Shown: positions 1 to 9,788 of the stretch, piece by piece
Position numbering within the stretch: position 1 is the stretch's first letter
Layout: the number at the start of each line of letters is the position of its first letter
IMG/VR virus record: IMGVR_UViG_3300010883_000009
Span: 29,876 to 93,875 of that record
Direction: 5' to 3' (one strand)
DNA length: 64,000 nucleotides
Source of the DNA: a virus
Made by a program: the position numbers and the translations under genes
The notes under the pieces: generated by a model
What the model was told of the DNA's origin: nothing
Database searches by the model: none
The model's input: only the letters and a program-made list of their open reading frames with translations

Positions 1-1
1 T

Positions 2-235
2 GAAAAAATAGCATCTCCGCCTGACGAGTTGATTAAAACCATCATTGATCACGGCGGTATGCGTATTTTCATCAACAAAGACAAGAAGATGTACTGCCAA
101 GTCAACGCCAAAGAGTACTCAAAATGGGCTAGACAAAAGATTAAAAAGCTTGATATGAAAAACAAAATAATAAAAGTCATAGATACTTCACGTCCCTATC
201 ATGGTTGGAAGACTGGGGTTACTATTCTGCTTTAA
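2..235 (+). CDS. hypothetical protein, 5'-truncated by window edge
   Basis: Frame of the 29..235 ORF stays open back to position 2 (EKIASPPDELIK...). Confidence 0.6.
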   Translation, partial: EKIASPPDELIKTIIDHGGMRIFINKDKKMYCQVNAKEYSKWARQKIKKLDMKNKIIKVIDTSRPYHGWKTGVTILL

Positions 236-266
236 AGGGTTGGAAATCAGGAATCCTAATCAAACT

Positions 267-3200
267 CTAAACGACATTAGATCTGTGAATCGCTAAGGCC
301 GTCTTATACCAATTGTAATTGCTTCCACGAACAAGTTTTCTGTCAACACTTTTTGCAAGCCACATCCAATCTGCCCCATAATCTTGTTCCATCTCTGCAA
401 TAAACTGTCCACCATCTTCTGCATCTTGTGGACTAACTGGAGTCGGTTTTTGTTCTTGAAAATCAGCGGACTTCAACTGTTTTTCCCTTTCTACCATTTC
501 TACTACATCCTTTAAAAGAGATTGCGGCAAAGCTTCTTCAAACAAGCTGTTGACAGTTGTCATATCTACGCTATAAAGTGTCGATGGTGGCCCAAACATT
601 AACAACAACAAATCCTCAATTCCAAACAACGTTCTTAGTTTTTGTGGAGTGTTCCGATCTATGTAGCTTTTGAAACGACTAACAAACGCATCCGCATCAT
701 AGAAATTATACGCATTTTGAAGAATCTCTTGACACCCGTTTAAAAACTGCTTATAGTCTTCTCTTTGACTCAATTCATTAATAAACTTATCTGGTGAATA
801 AGGGTTTCGTTCAGTCGTGTCCTCTGGTACAACGATCTCTTCATCAAATGTTATATCCTCAACTTTTTTCCCAACGTCTGACAATTGAGATTGCAATTGG
901 TCTTCAACCTTAGATCTCATGAATTTACGCAAAAAGAACTGAGTGAACATATTCGTCATATTGTCTATCTGTTCTTCTTTAGACATGCTATTTAATGCTT
1001 CGATAGCGCTATCGTTAAATTCAGGCATTGCCGTATCCATTTTTGACAACGCTTCCTGTTTGCTCATCCCTAAAAACTCCCATGCAAAAGCGTCAATTAT
1101 ATCAGATTTGATTTGACTCAAGAAGCCTTCTGTTATTCTATCAGGGAACGGATAATTAGATTCAAAATACTCATGGATTCTTTGTTTAATATGTTGAAGG
1201 TTTCCATATGTAATTGCGGCAATTTCTTGGGGAGAACTTACCCATTGAGACTCACTCTCTATCTCCTCGCTTCTGCCTTCTACGACTTGATCTAAAAACG
1301 AATGGGCAATTTCATGCCATAACGTGTTTTCTTCAGAGAAAGACAGATCTTTTTCTATTGCATCAATTCCTAATTCGTTCAAAACCTGCTCTGAAGTGGG
1401 CATGCCGTTGATTTGATCAGTAAATACAACTATTGTAGCATCTGTTCCAAACATGCTATATTTACCTGCAAAAAAGCCATTAGCATCTTGTGGAGTAGCT
1501 GGGAAATATTTAGCTCCTTCTTCTCCTAACAAACTCATATATTTAGATGCGTTAATAAAATAGATATTCATCTTTTTAAGTTCTTGCATCGCTCGTTCAG
1601 TTTTAGGTATATATCCTTCTGAATCAGGGGAATATGCCTCTTCAGTACCAACATTAGAGTTTACGAAATCTACTACTCGTTGATATACTTCTGGGAAATC
1701 TGTTATCTTATTCTTTTTAACTGCATCCGATTCTAAAAACGATGGAAGTTTACTCCTCACTTCTTTATGGACTTCCTTCTCTTTGCTTTCAAGTATTTTG
1801 CGTACCGCTTCCCTTAGCTTTTCTGAGTCTCCTGCGCATTGCATGTGGTCAATTACTTTTTTAATATCGTTTACGCTTCCCTGCGCTTTCTCAAGAACTT
1901 TGGAACAAGGGAACAATCCTGACAAATAGAAAAACCATGAGCCTACATCTCCAGAAACGGCGGATCTAACTCGCATTGGAACCTTACTCCAAAAATCCAT
2001 TGCAGATTGCATTTTGAAAGGCCACATTTGCGTCCAATGGATTTTTGAATCTTGTCGATAAGTACCGGCATCAAGTATTTCATTCCCTTGAACTAAATTA
2101 GAAAACATATCCGTTCCTGCCGCTTCCGTTAAATCCTTTATGGTTTTTGACTTTACTATTTGCAAATAATCATGATCTGTCATGTCCTCACTAGATAACT
2201 TTTGATTTATCCATTCGTTAGACAAATCGGCTTCTTCCTTAATGGTCATTCTAGTGGCTCTTTTTAGATAGTCAATATAAGAGTCGCTATAGGATGACGT
2301 AACAGAATTAGGATCGGTTCTATCTTGACCCCCTTTGGCTAAATCTTGATATATTCCTTTTTCTTCATTTATAGCATACACACTTGGCGGTAAGCTTTCT
2401 GGTATATTTTCAACGTCTCTAGATCTAAGGTCTCTGTCTAAATCCTGTTGCCAATTAATTTCCCAGTAATCTTCAATACTAGAATTTATAACCTTGCCCG
2501 CTTCATGCAATACTTCTATGCGTATTACTTGTGGCCCTAACATCAAATTTTTAACTATTCCAAATTGGGCAGAATTATCAATCGTCACAGTAAGCGGATT
2601 GTCTTCAGTCAAAAACTCTTGATTGTTTTCATAAGCGTTATTTACATCTTGCAACTCCTGAAGCATTTCAGTCCCATACAACATCCAATTTTCCCCGTTA
2701 TAATGCTGTTGAGATCTAACTTTTTCCATTTTGTCTCTAAAGTTCCCACTATTTAATAAATAACGGTATATGTCAAATGAAAGCGCCCTTTCTTGTGGAG
2801 AAAGCTTCTTCCAATTATCAGGGTTGCTTGTGTCCATCTCTGACATCTTTTGCGATCCATCCAATATAGCAAAGGTCTCTTTTGATGGAAATTCTAGATA
2901 GTCTTTTACATATTGCTTTCTTTGTTCAATTGATCCGTTTTGCATTGCAGACGCTATCGACGGATATTGTTGAGATATAAATTGTACAAAATCATCTGGA
3001 TATGAATTGGGGGTTGACAATATGTCGCTAGCCGTTTCTGCACTAAACCTAGACCTAGAGAATTTTTGCATTATGGTCTGATATACCCAATCTGGCATGT
3101 CAGATGGAATTCCGTATTTGAGTTGGGCTTTTTGTAGGAACGAGTCTAATGCCCCCTTGATCATTCTCTCATCCATATTCCATTGTAAACATTTTTGGAT

Positions 3201-3404
3201 GTCCCATAAGCTCAAATATACATAGTTTGGATACCTGACAAAATACTTCAGACGCATAGAGGCATCATTCGTATCAAGAGTGAATCTCCTTATCTTGTCT
3301 TTTTGGTCGTTTGTAAGTTCGTTCTCAGGAGGCATATTGTCAATATCATGACCGCCGACACCGGACATGAACTCATCAACCCCTGATAATCTATATATAT
3401 TCAT
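267..3404 (-). CDS. 1045-aa putative virion-internal protein with zinc-metalloprotease-like HExxH domain
   Basis: WHEIAH motif followed by SPQEIAA; N-terminal MNIYRLS leader and C-terminal NWYKTA motif. Confidence 0.6.
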   Translation of the reverse strand: MNIYRLSGVDEFMSGVGGHDIDNMPPENELTNDQKDKIRRFTLDTNDASMRLKYFVRYPNYVYLSLWDIQKCLQWNMDERMIKGALDSFLQKAQLKYGIPSDMPDWVYQTIMQKFSRSRFSAETASDILSTPNSYPDDFVQFISQQYPSIASAMQNGSIEQRKQYVKDYLEFPSKETFAILDGSQKMSEMDTSNPDNWKKLSPQERALSFDIYRYLLNSGNFRDKMEKVRSQQHYNGENWMLYGTEMLQELQDVNNAYENNQEFLTEDNPLTVTIDNSAQFGIVKNLMLGPQVIRIEVLHEAGKVINSSIEDYWEINWQQDLDRDLRSRDVENIPESLPPSVYAINEEKGIYQDLAKGGQDRTDPNSVTSSYSDSYIDYLKRATRMTIKEEADLSNEWINQKLSSEDMTDHDYLQIVKSKTIKDLTEAAGTDMFSNLVQGNEILDAGTYRQDSKIHWTQMWPFKMQSAMDFWSKVPMRVRSAVSGDVGSWFFYLSGLFPCSKVLEKAQGSVNDIKKVIDHMQCAGDSEKLREAVRKILESKEKEVHKEVRSKLPSFLESDAVKKNKITDFPEVYQRVVDFVNSNVGTEEAYSPDSEGYIPKTERAMQELKKMNIYFINASKYMSLLGEEGAKYFPATPQDANGFFAGKYSMFGTDATIVVFTDQINGMPTSEQVLNELGIDAIEKDLSFSEENTLWHEIAHSFLDQVVEGRSEEIESESQWVSSPQEIAAITYGNLQHIKQRIHEYFESNYPFPDRITEGFLSQIKSDIIDAFAWEFLGMSKQEALSKMDTAMPEFNDSAIEALNSMSKEEQIDNMTNMFTQFFLRKFMRSKVEDQLQSQLSDVGKKVEDITFDEEIVVPEDTTERNPYSPDKFINELSQREDYKQFLNGCQEILQNAYNFYDADAFVSRFKSYIDRNTPQKLRTLFGIEDLLLLMFGPPSTLYSVDMTTVNSLFEEALPQSLLKDVVEMVEREKQLKSADFQEQKPTPVSPQDAEDGGQFIAEMEQDYGADWMWLAKSVDRKLVRGSNYNWYKTALAIHRSNVV

Positions 3405-3513
3405 ACATTATATCTTCTTTTTTATACTGCTAAAAACATTTTTATTTTTGGTTGACACCCCTGTTTGATATTGCAATTGATATTGTATAATACTAAAAAG
3501 GAGATTTAATATC

Positions 3514-3993
3514 ATGAGCGCATGGGTAGAAGGTAAACTTGATCTTAAATGTAGCTTAGACGTTTTACGTAAAGCTATCATCAATATCCATCCTGAATGG
3601 GAAGACCATCTTATAATTGACAAAGAAGGTCATATCCCGATGTATCGCTTCGACGGACAGAGAGAATACAACGGGAAAGGTGGAGACAAAGAGGTTCATG
3701 TCCTGATTCCCGGTAGCGGTCATCCAATAACAGAAACTCCTCCAAATCGCGGAGCGCATAACGATTGGGGATTCCGTCGTTCACAAGACGGAAAATGGGA
3801 AGTAACTTTTGCAGACTTCGGATTGTCACAAGCCAATCATCTTGAGAATCAAATAAAGAGCGAAGTAGCCCTTATGAAAGCAAAAGCGATTGCTAAAATG
3901 CGAGGGTTTGAAGTTCTAGCTCAAGATGAAACTGACCAAGAGAAGCACGTTGACATAAGAGTTGACTCAAGCGTTTACGAACAAATGTCGTAA
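3514..3993 (+). CDS. DUF1257/Ycf35-like protein, paralog 1
   Basis: MS-W start, L-KA-...-DWGFRRSQDGKWEVTF and C-terminal AKMRGFEV resemble DUF1257; clear paralog of 32516..32947; AGGAG RBS. Confidence 0.65.
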   Translation: MSAWVEGKLDLKCSLDVLRKAIINIHPEWEDHLIIDKEGHIPMYRFDGQREYNGKGGDKEVHVLIPGSGHPITETPPNRGAHNDWGFRRSQDGKWEVTFADFGLSQANHLENQIKSEVALMKAKAIAKMRGFEVLAQDETDQEKHVDIRVDSSVYEQMS

Positions 3994-6345
3994 ACTGTCA
4001 ATCCTCTTGGCGTACTTATACCAACTCATAACACTAGCTTGTTGAGGATAAACAGGTACAACCTGCCCTCTTTCGTTAATAGTATATTCATTGGTCGGCA
4101 TTTCATCGAAAAACGGCAAGTTCTGCTGTCCCTGATCTTTAAGAGATTTCTCCCCTTGCATACGTTTTGCTCGTTCTTCATAGTTGTATAGTAACGCCTG
4201 AACGTTAGGTGGCATTTCCTTGAAATCAACATCTACATCAGAAGCAACTATTCCCTGCACAAGCCTTTGTAACTGTTCAGGGGACATTTCTTCTATCGCA
4301 GCCTTTCCATCATGTGTTAACATAGATTCCCAGTTACCTTTCAAAAAGTAATTTAACCATATCCCCGTAAAATGTCGCTCTCGATCTTGCTCGTCATAGG
4401 GAGTCTCGTAGTAGTTATCCCTGAAGTTATCAGGAGCATAGTCCATTTCAGTTGGATCTTCCGCGATCTTCTCCCACCATATGTTTTCTACCATTTCCCT
4501 TATTTGTTCTTGGTCGCCGGGGTATCCTTCTGACTCTTCAACATAGTATTGGGTGTATTCGCTTTGATCATACATCGCATCAGTTTCGTATTTAGTAGGA
4601 TCTGTTTCAATGTATTTCATCCAAGCATTGTCTAAAGCGTCTTTAACCTCTTGGATTCCGCGAATGTCGCTTTCACCTATGGGTTCAAGCAAAGTATTAT
4701 TTTTCTCCCATGCCTCATGGTCAACTGCATAATCTGTTTCTTCATTCTCGTCACCCCTCCAATAAGATCTGCGATAATCGTCTTCTTGGGGTTCTCTCCA
4801 TTCTTCTGCGAGAATGGATTCAGGGTTTGTGTCCCCTTCAGATTGTTTTAGTTTCTCAATGGCTTGAGAGAAAGGATGCTTCTTAGCTTTCTCTATAATG
4901 TCATCAGGAAAGGTTGCCAAAGTCTCATCCTTAAGATTGTACATCTTCCAAGGTTCAGTTTGTACGATCTCTTCCAAGGTTCTACGAATAGTTTCGTTTA
5001 CTTCTACATCTTCCAAAATCTCTTTAGGCAAGTGGTCAATTTCTCGGAAGAAATTGTTTCGTAATTTCCCGTTTTCGTTAGGAACCCTAAGCGATATTAG
5101 AACAGACTGTGTGACAAAATCTAATGTCTCTGGCAGTACTTGAACGCGAATGTCTTGAGGAAGTTCAGAGTAATAACCAACCTCATTATTTAGCTGAAAA
5201 TAGTGTCGCCCTTTTTCCTGTTTCCGAATTCCAACGTCAATCGCCTTGACAATATCCTGTACAACTTCAGGGTTCTGTCTGTTCTCTTTAGAAAGACGAT
5301 CAATCAGCCGAGGCTCTTTAGTGATCTGCTCAACGAATTTTTTGTATTTCTGAGGGTCGAGAAGATTATCATTTAGCTTCTTGGCTTCCATTAACTCTGC
5401 GTAATGGTAATCATTGCCGGGATCAATGCCCTTCGCGTTAAGGAACTCTTCGATCTCTTCTGTATAAGCAAACGGTGCTCTATTTCTCTCGCCTTGGATT
5501 TCTGCCAATCGCCCTCCATCCATACGAATAGCTACTTCCGCCTTACCATCAAGGATATACAGATAGAAGTCTCCCTTGGTAAGATATGGTACTGCCATGC
5601 CCGATCCAGTACACCATCCATTAGGAACGCTATAGCCTACGAGTTTGTTGACATTATCTTGGAAGTTGGAAGGATCGTTTTGTTGGCTAGGAAGCCTGAT
5701 CCAACCGTTACCATCCTTCATTTTCGTCCCCGGGACTACTTCTGTGGACTGCTGATTGGCAACATTAACCTCGTTCATATACTGCTTATCGATTCTAAAT
5801 TGCTCCGTGCCGCCCCCGTTGCGCACTTTTTCATACAGAGCTGCTACTGCCATCTCATTCAGAGGCATCGTAGAACGTTTATTATTTGCTTTTGATTTAT
5901 CGAAAATAGGTTTTAGTACTGTGTACGCAAATGCGGGGGTTTGGGCGTATACGTCATTTCCTGATGTAAAATAAGACCACCAAGAGTCGAATATTCGCTG
6001 TTTCTGTCCATTGATAGCCTCTAATATGGATTCTTGAGCCTTTTCAGGGTCTTGCTGGTAGATTGCCCATGCCTGCTGAACTTGTGGATCTCCGGGATTC
6101 TGGTTGAATTCCGCTTCAAGGTCTATTTCCTTGAGATATCGGTTAGAGTCTGATTTAGGGTCGATAGAGCGTTGCAAATCGGGTAGCAGGGAGGACGATA
6201 TATGGGCATTAATGTCCTCTGAGGACTTGATCTTATTCCACGGGATCAAGTTCTCATATTTTTGAATGAAGAAAGTAAGAAAGGGATCATCGATATTGTA
6301 TCGCTGAACTTTCTCCTTAAAAGCTGCTAGCCGATAGATCCTCAT
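3967..6345 (-). CDS. 792-aa putative virion-internal protein with GWCT...GDFY...AIRM...EIQG domain and helical repeats
   Basis: MRIYRLA leader, C-terminal SWYKYA; Cys-containing motif of unknown function. Confidence 0.55.
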   Translation of the reverse strand: MRIYRLAAFKEKVQRYNIDDPFLTFFIQKYENLIPWNKIKSSEDINAHISSSLLPDLQRSIDPKSDSNRYLKEIDLEAEFNQNPGDPQVQQAWAIYQQDPEKAQESILEAINGQKQRIFDSWWSYFTSGNDVYAQTPAFAYTVLKPIFDKSKANNKRSTMPLNEMAVAALYEKVRNGGGTEQFRIDKQYMNEVNVANQQSTEVVPGTKMKDGNGWIRLPSQQNDPSNFQDNVNKLVGYSVPNGWCTGSGMAVPYLTKGDFYLYILDGKAEVAIRMDGGRLAEIQGERNRAPFAYTEEIEEFLNAKGIDPGNDYHYAELMEAKKLNDNLLDPQKYKKFVEQITKEPRLIDRLSKENRQNPEVVQDIVKAIDVGIRKQEKGRHYFQLNNEVGYYSELPQDIRVQVLPETLDFVTQSVLISLRVPNENGKLRNNFFREIDHLPKEILEDVEVNETIRRTLEEIVQTEPWKMYNLKDETLATFPDDIIEKAKKHPFSQAIEKLKQSEGDTNPESILAEEWREPQEDDYRRSYWRGDENEETDYAVDHEAWEKNNTLLEPIGESDIRGIQEVKDALDNAWMKYIETDPTKYETDAMYDQSEYTQYYVEESEGYPGDQEQIREMVENIWWEKIAEDPTEMDYAPDNFRDNYYETPYDEQDRERHFTGIWLNYFLKGNWESMLTHDGKAAIEEMSPEQLQRLVQGIVASDVDVDFKEMPPNVQALLYNYEERAKRMQGEKSLKDQGQQNLPFFDEMPTNEYTINERGQVVPVYPQQASVMSWYKYAKRIDSLRHLFVNA

Positions 6346-6347
6346 GG

Positions 6348-6896
6348 TTATGTATTCAGTCCAACACCCTGTCCAGCATCATACATGTTAACGTTGGGTT
6401 GGATTTTTTCTTCAATCCATTTCGCATTCGTTTTAATACCTTCTAAAGCTTCACGAACAGCGTCTAAATTAGCCGGATTTTCCTTGAAAGCTTTATAAAG
6501 TTTATCGCTCAGGGCGTTCATATGCAATGCCCGTGCTTCTGCCTCTTTAAGACTCTGAACTGTTTGTGCTTCTTTTTTGATGCCTTTTTCTTTCTTAGCT
6601 TGTTTCCCTGAAGATCCCCTACAATTGTCGCAATAACTCTCCGTTGGATTAGATGGGTCGAATGTAAATACATTCTTGCACCCTTTCTTTTCACATCCCA
6701 ACGTCTTAGGCTTTGCGGATGAACCTTCTGCTGCGTCAGATGTTTGAACTCCATCGAGAGGCTGAAGCTGATCAACTTGAGCAGTTGTACTTAAATCTGA
6801 GTCGTCTAACCATCCTGTTTGACGACCTATCTGACTCCATTCTTTATGGGATAGTTTAATCGTAGCTTTACCTTCTGCTGTTCTTGTGATCTTCAT
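6348..6896 (-). CDS. hypothetical protein with long leader and Cys4 motif
   Basis: MKITRTAEGK...EWSQIGRQTGW leader; CEKKGC...YCDNC; AGGAG RBS. Confidence 0.7.
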   Translation of the reverse strand: MKITRTAEGKATIKLSHKEWSQIGRQTGWLDDSDLSTTAQVDQLQPLDGVQTSDAAEGSSAKPKTLGCEKKGCKNVFTFDPSNPTESYCDNCRGSSGKQAKKEKGIKKEAQTVQSLKEAEARALHMNALSDKLYKAFKENPANLDAVREALEGIKTNAKWIEEKIQPNVNMYDAGQGVGLNT

Positions 6897-7020
6897 TATT
6901 TCTCTCCTGTAAATTCAAAATCAATTGCCATGATCATGTCTTTATTTCTGACTAACTGGTTCGTTTTACGGTAAATTCTCATGGATAATATTTCCACGAA
7001 CCTAGATGAAAACCCTTGTA

Positions 7021-7584
7021 TTAGACCATATACTCTACGGCTAACCCTTCGTCTACCAAAAGTCGATTCACATTTACGTTGTCGAAGTATACAGTTGCTA
7101 GATAGCGACCATATTTGCCTTTCTTATCTTGATTGGTCTCAATGGTTATCTCTTTGTCCAAGATAAGCCCTTTAAGGCGGTCTCTAGCGACTCTTCCTTC
7201 AATAAGGGTTGGTCTTCTTAACTCAGGGGTGTTAATGCCATACAATCGAAATTTGGCGACAACAGTGGTATTAAAACCTAGATTAACTATGGATCGAGTA
7301 ATGGTATCGCCGTCATAGATTCTTTCTACTTGACATTTGTACTTACAAACGCGATGCCAAGGTTCGGTAACGACAGTTGCCTGCCAGAATCTACTGTTGG
7401 GATCTTTGGGGTGTTTTGTATCAAAGACATAGGTTTCGCCAAGATCTAGTTTTGTCTTTTTGCTAACAAGTAAATCTTTTTCAGCAAAGACGCCAAACCC
7501 TAATGCGAAACGAACTGGAACTGCACCATTAGGCAATCTGCTTCCAGCGATATACCCTTCGTATCTGTACAGTTTGGGACTCAT
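7021..7584 (-). CDS. thermonuclease (staphylococcal nuclease family)
   Basis: YDGDTI, RLYGINTPE, KGKYGRYLATVY, NVNRLLVDEGLA motifs. Confidence 0.9.
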   Translation of the reverse strand: MSPKLYRYEGYIAGSRLPNGAVPVRFALGFGVFAEKDLLVSKKTKLDLGETYVFDTKHPKDPNSRFWQATVVTEPWHRVCKYKCQVERIYDGDTITRSIVNLGFNTTVVAKFRLYGINTPELRRPTLIEGRVARDRLKGLILDKEITIETNQDKKGKYGRYLATVYFDNVNVNRLLVDEGLAVEYMV

Positions 7585-7748
7585 AATTCATCTTCGTTGA
7601 TGAATTCACAATGTTCCTTGCAAGAAGGGCATATGCCCGTGTCTGAATAGTTAGGTCCATCTTCAGAAACCATACGATCTTTGGTTCCGCAACAATTAGA
7701 TATAAGGATTTCTTCTACGAAAGCTATAGCTAATCTGTATATTTTCAT
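7581..7748 (-). CDS. 55-aa Cys-rich protein with MKIYRLA leader (absent from ORF track)
   Basis: Manual translation MKIYRLAIAFVEEILISNCCGTKDRMVSEDGPNYSDTGICPSCKEHCEFINEDEL; ATGA overlap with the thermonuclease start. Confidence 0.75.
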   Translation of the reverse strand: MKIYRLAIAFVEEILISNCCGTKDRMVSEDGPNYSDTGICPSCKEHCEFINEDEL

Positions 7749-7749
7749 C

Positions 7750-7998
7750 TTATCGACTTACGTTCTGGAAATATTTTGTTACAGTATCAATTGGAGCATG
7801 ACCTATTTGAATAAAAAACTTGTGAAATGCTGATGGATCTTGAGCAATTGCCTGAACAATACCTTGACTCCTGCCTAGTTGGTCGTAGCTTTCTACTGTT
7901 TCGGTCATAGATTGCCCAAAACAAAAATTGTAAAACCTAACCATTTCCGACTGTCTTTCATTAAAAGGCTCTTCCTGAGCTAATCTGTATATTTTCAT
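7750..7998 (-). CDS. small protein with MKIYRLAQ leader
   Basis: First 21 nt identical to those of the 7748 gene; promoter motif directly upstream. Confidence 0.75.
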   Translation of the reverse strand: MKIYRLAQEEPFNERQSEMVRFYNFCFGQSMTETVESYDQLGRSQGIVQAIAQDPSAFHKFFIQIGHAPIDTVTKYFQNVSR

Positions 7999-8021
7999 AC
8001 TGTATTATACTTCTTCGGCAC

Positions 8022-8057
8022 AAAAAAGAACCCTCTAGGAAAAAACCTAGAGGGTTC
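8022..8057 (-). terminator. intrinsic terminator after major capsid gene
   Basis: GAACCCTCTAGG/CCTAGAGGGTTC stem followed by T6 on the minus strand. Confidence 0.85.
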
Positions 8058-8085
8058 CTTAAAACTTTTAGTTAATCGTTACCGA

Positions 8086-8952
8086 TTAGCTGCCAGCCGT
8101 AACCGTTACCTTCGCCGTAGCGTAGGAGTTGATTACTACGATACCGACTTCCTCGTAGATAACCCATCCGAGACGAAGCTTCTTTGGATCGTCCGCTGGG
8201 AGAACGGTGATATCCTGACGAATCGGGAATGCACCAACGTACTCTGCGGGAGCGAGCAAGAAGACTGTATCAGTAGGGCACTTCGAAGAAACATGGATGT
8301 CAGCCGTGAACAAGTGTCCGAAGAGACCTGTAGTCAAGACTTCCTTCTGTGTCGCTTCATCGTAAACGGTCTTACCGAAGTTACGGATGTCTGCGTAACG
8401 CAAAGCGTGGCAAACGATCTTTCCTACAGTAAGGTCGTGCTGTTCGATAGTTGCGAATGCTTGGTTCAATGCGTTAAGCGTCAAAGCACCACCAGTCGAA
8501 ACGACGGTATGTGCAGCGTCAACTGCGGCATTGATAGCGTTGAAGATGTTTAAGTCCTCTTCCTTCTGGATCGCTTCCTTCGCCTTGATCTGTGCTCTGT
8601 CTACAATGTAGAAACGACGAGCCTTGACTTCGGAAAGTCTGATCGTGGGGTTAGTTGCAATTTCGAACGTAGGTACGAGGATTTCCTCACCTTCTGTGAT
8701 CATGTCAGGTACAGCGCCACGACGTGAAATGACGTGTGCGGTAGCTCTAACATCCTTCTCATAACGGGCATACGCGCCCTGAGGAAGTTCATCAACCATA
8801 AGCAATTTTCGGCCTACGGCTTGGTATTCCAGCGCTCGACGGATAGGCTCCACCATTGCCTGTGCTAACGCAACTCGACCTTGGGGGGTATCCAACGCTT
8901 GAGCGATGAGACTTTCTCTCTCAGCATTTACTGCTCTTTTGTCAATAGCCAT
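8086..8952 (-). CDS. major capsid protein, HK97 fold
   Basis: LAQAMVEPIRRALEYQAVGRKLLMVDELPQG and PTFEIATNP...KEAIQKEED resemble large-phage (Bxz1-like) capsid proteins; position after protease/scaffold; strong RBS and terminator. Confidence 0.88.
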   Translation of the reverse strand: MAIDKRAVNAERESLIAQALDTPQGRVALAQAMVEPIRRALEYQAVGRKLLMVDELPQGAYARYEKDVRATAHVISRRGAVPDMITEGEEILVPTFEIATNPTIRLSEVKARRFYIVDRAQIKAKEAIQKEEDLNIFNAINAAVDAAHTVVSTGGALTLNALNQAFATIEQHDLTVGKIVCHALRYADIRNFGKTVYDEATQKEVLTTGLFGHLFTADIHVSSKCPTDTVFLLAPAEYVGAFPIRQDITVLPADDPKKLRLGWVIYEEVGIVVINSYATAKVTVTAGS

Positions 8953-9015
8953 TTTACTTTCTCCTTAAGTTGTTTTATAGGGGTTATAGCCTATAAAAAG
9001 AACTATTACTTAACC

Positions 9016-9528
9016 TTATATGGTTAGTTTAACTTCGATATAGGTGTTACTGTTTTCTCCACTAAGAGCCTGATCGCCGTTGGAGTCAACGCCCGGTACG
9101 CCCGAAGGATATGTACCAGCAGCTTTGATCAAACGACCAACTTCGCCCGAAGCGAATGAGTTTGTGGGGGACAATACACCGCTTACAGCGTAAAGAAGGT
9201 CACCGATAGTAGAAGAGGATACGTTTGCAAGGAACTGATCCGTTGCAAATTCACCACCACTATGGTAAACAGTCATTTTGCCAGAAGCTTTAGTTTCATC
9301 GAAATAATCCGATGCCCTATTTTGCCAGTCACCGGAAACTCCGGGCATGGCTGATGCGCTAGTTGATTTGGTGTCGCCTGCGATTCCGTAAGGAGCTGCA
9401 TTCGTCGCACTTTGCAGTACAACTTCGCCAGATGAGTTCAAAGAAACAATCTGTCCTTCCTTAATAGTTTCGCCTGAAGCAACAGCCCTCTCAGCAGCAA
9501 CAACGTGATATCTTTCTATAAGAGCCAT
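9016..9528 (-). CDS. probable capsid decoration/cement protein
   Basis: 170-aa Gly/Ala/Ser-rich protein between scaffold and capsid gene; IKEGQIVSL...ASGKMTVY...FATDQF. Confidence 0.65.
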   Translation of the reverse strand: MALIERYHVVAAERAVASGETIKEGQIVSLNSSGEVVLQSATNAAPYGIAGDTKSTSASAMPGVSGDWQNRASDYFDETKASGKMTVYHSGGEFATDQFLANVSSSTIGDLLYAVSGVLSPTNSFASGEVGRLIKAAGTYPSGVPGVDSNGDQALSGENSNTYIEVKLTI

Positions 9529-9685
9529 TTTATTTTCTCCTTTTAATTTGAGTTACTTCGCTTGAATTATTGGCGGATTGTTCTTCTTTTTATTAAAATC
9601 AGTTAATGCTGAATGAGTAAGTCGTTTTTTCTTCGTTTTAGTGCTATCGATTTGATTATGTGATTATGCCAATTTACGTTAAACC

Positions 9686-9713
9686 TATTCTATAACTTTA
9701 GGTGAAATCCCTT
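9686..9713 (-). promoter_or_regulatory. AGG-N19-GAA promoter for decoration/capsid operon
   Basis: AAGGGATTT...AGAATA; one of 20 matching sites upstream of genes. Confidence 0.75.
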
Positions 9714-9742
9714 TTTTTAATTAGTAATTTTTACGGATACAG

Positions 9743-9770
9743 AAAAGCCCGTTCAAAAAATGAACGGGCT
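9743..9770 (-). terminator. intrinsic terminator after protease/scaffold gene
   Basis: AGCCCGTTCA/TGAACGGGCT stem plus T-tract. Confidence 0.7.
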
Positions 9771-9788
9771 GCTTCTGCGTAACGTAAA

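Noticed and set aside
8086-8952. Encapsulin nanocompartment interpretation of the HK97-fold gene
   Set aside because: Portal, terminase and prohead protease nearby identify it as a viral capsid
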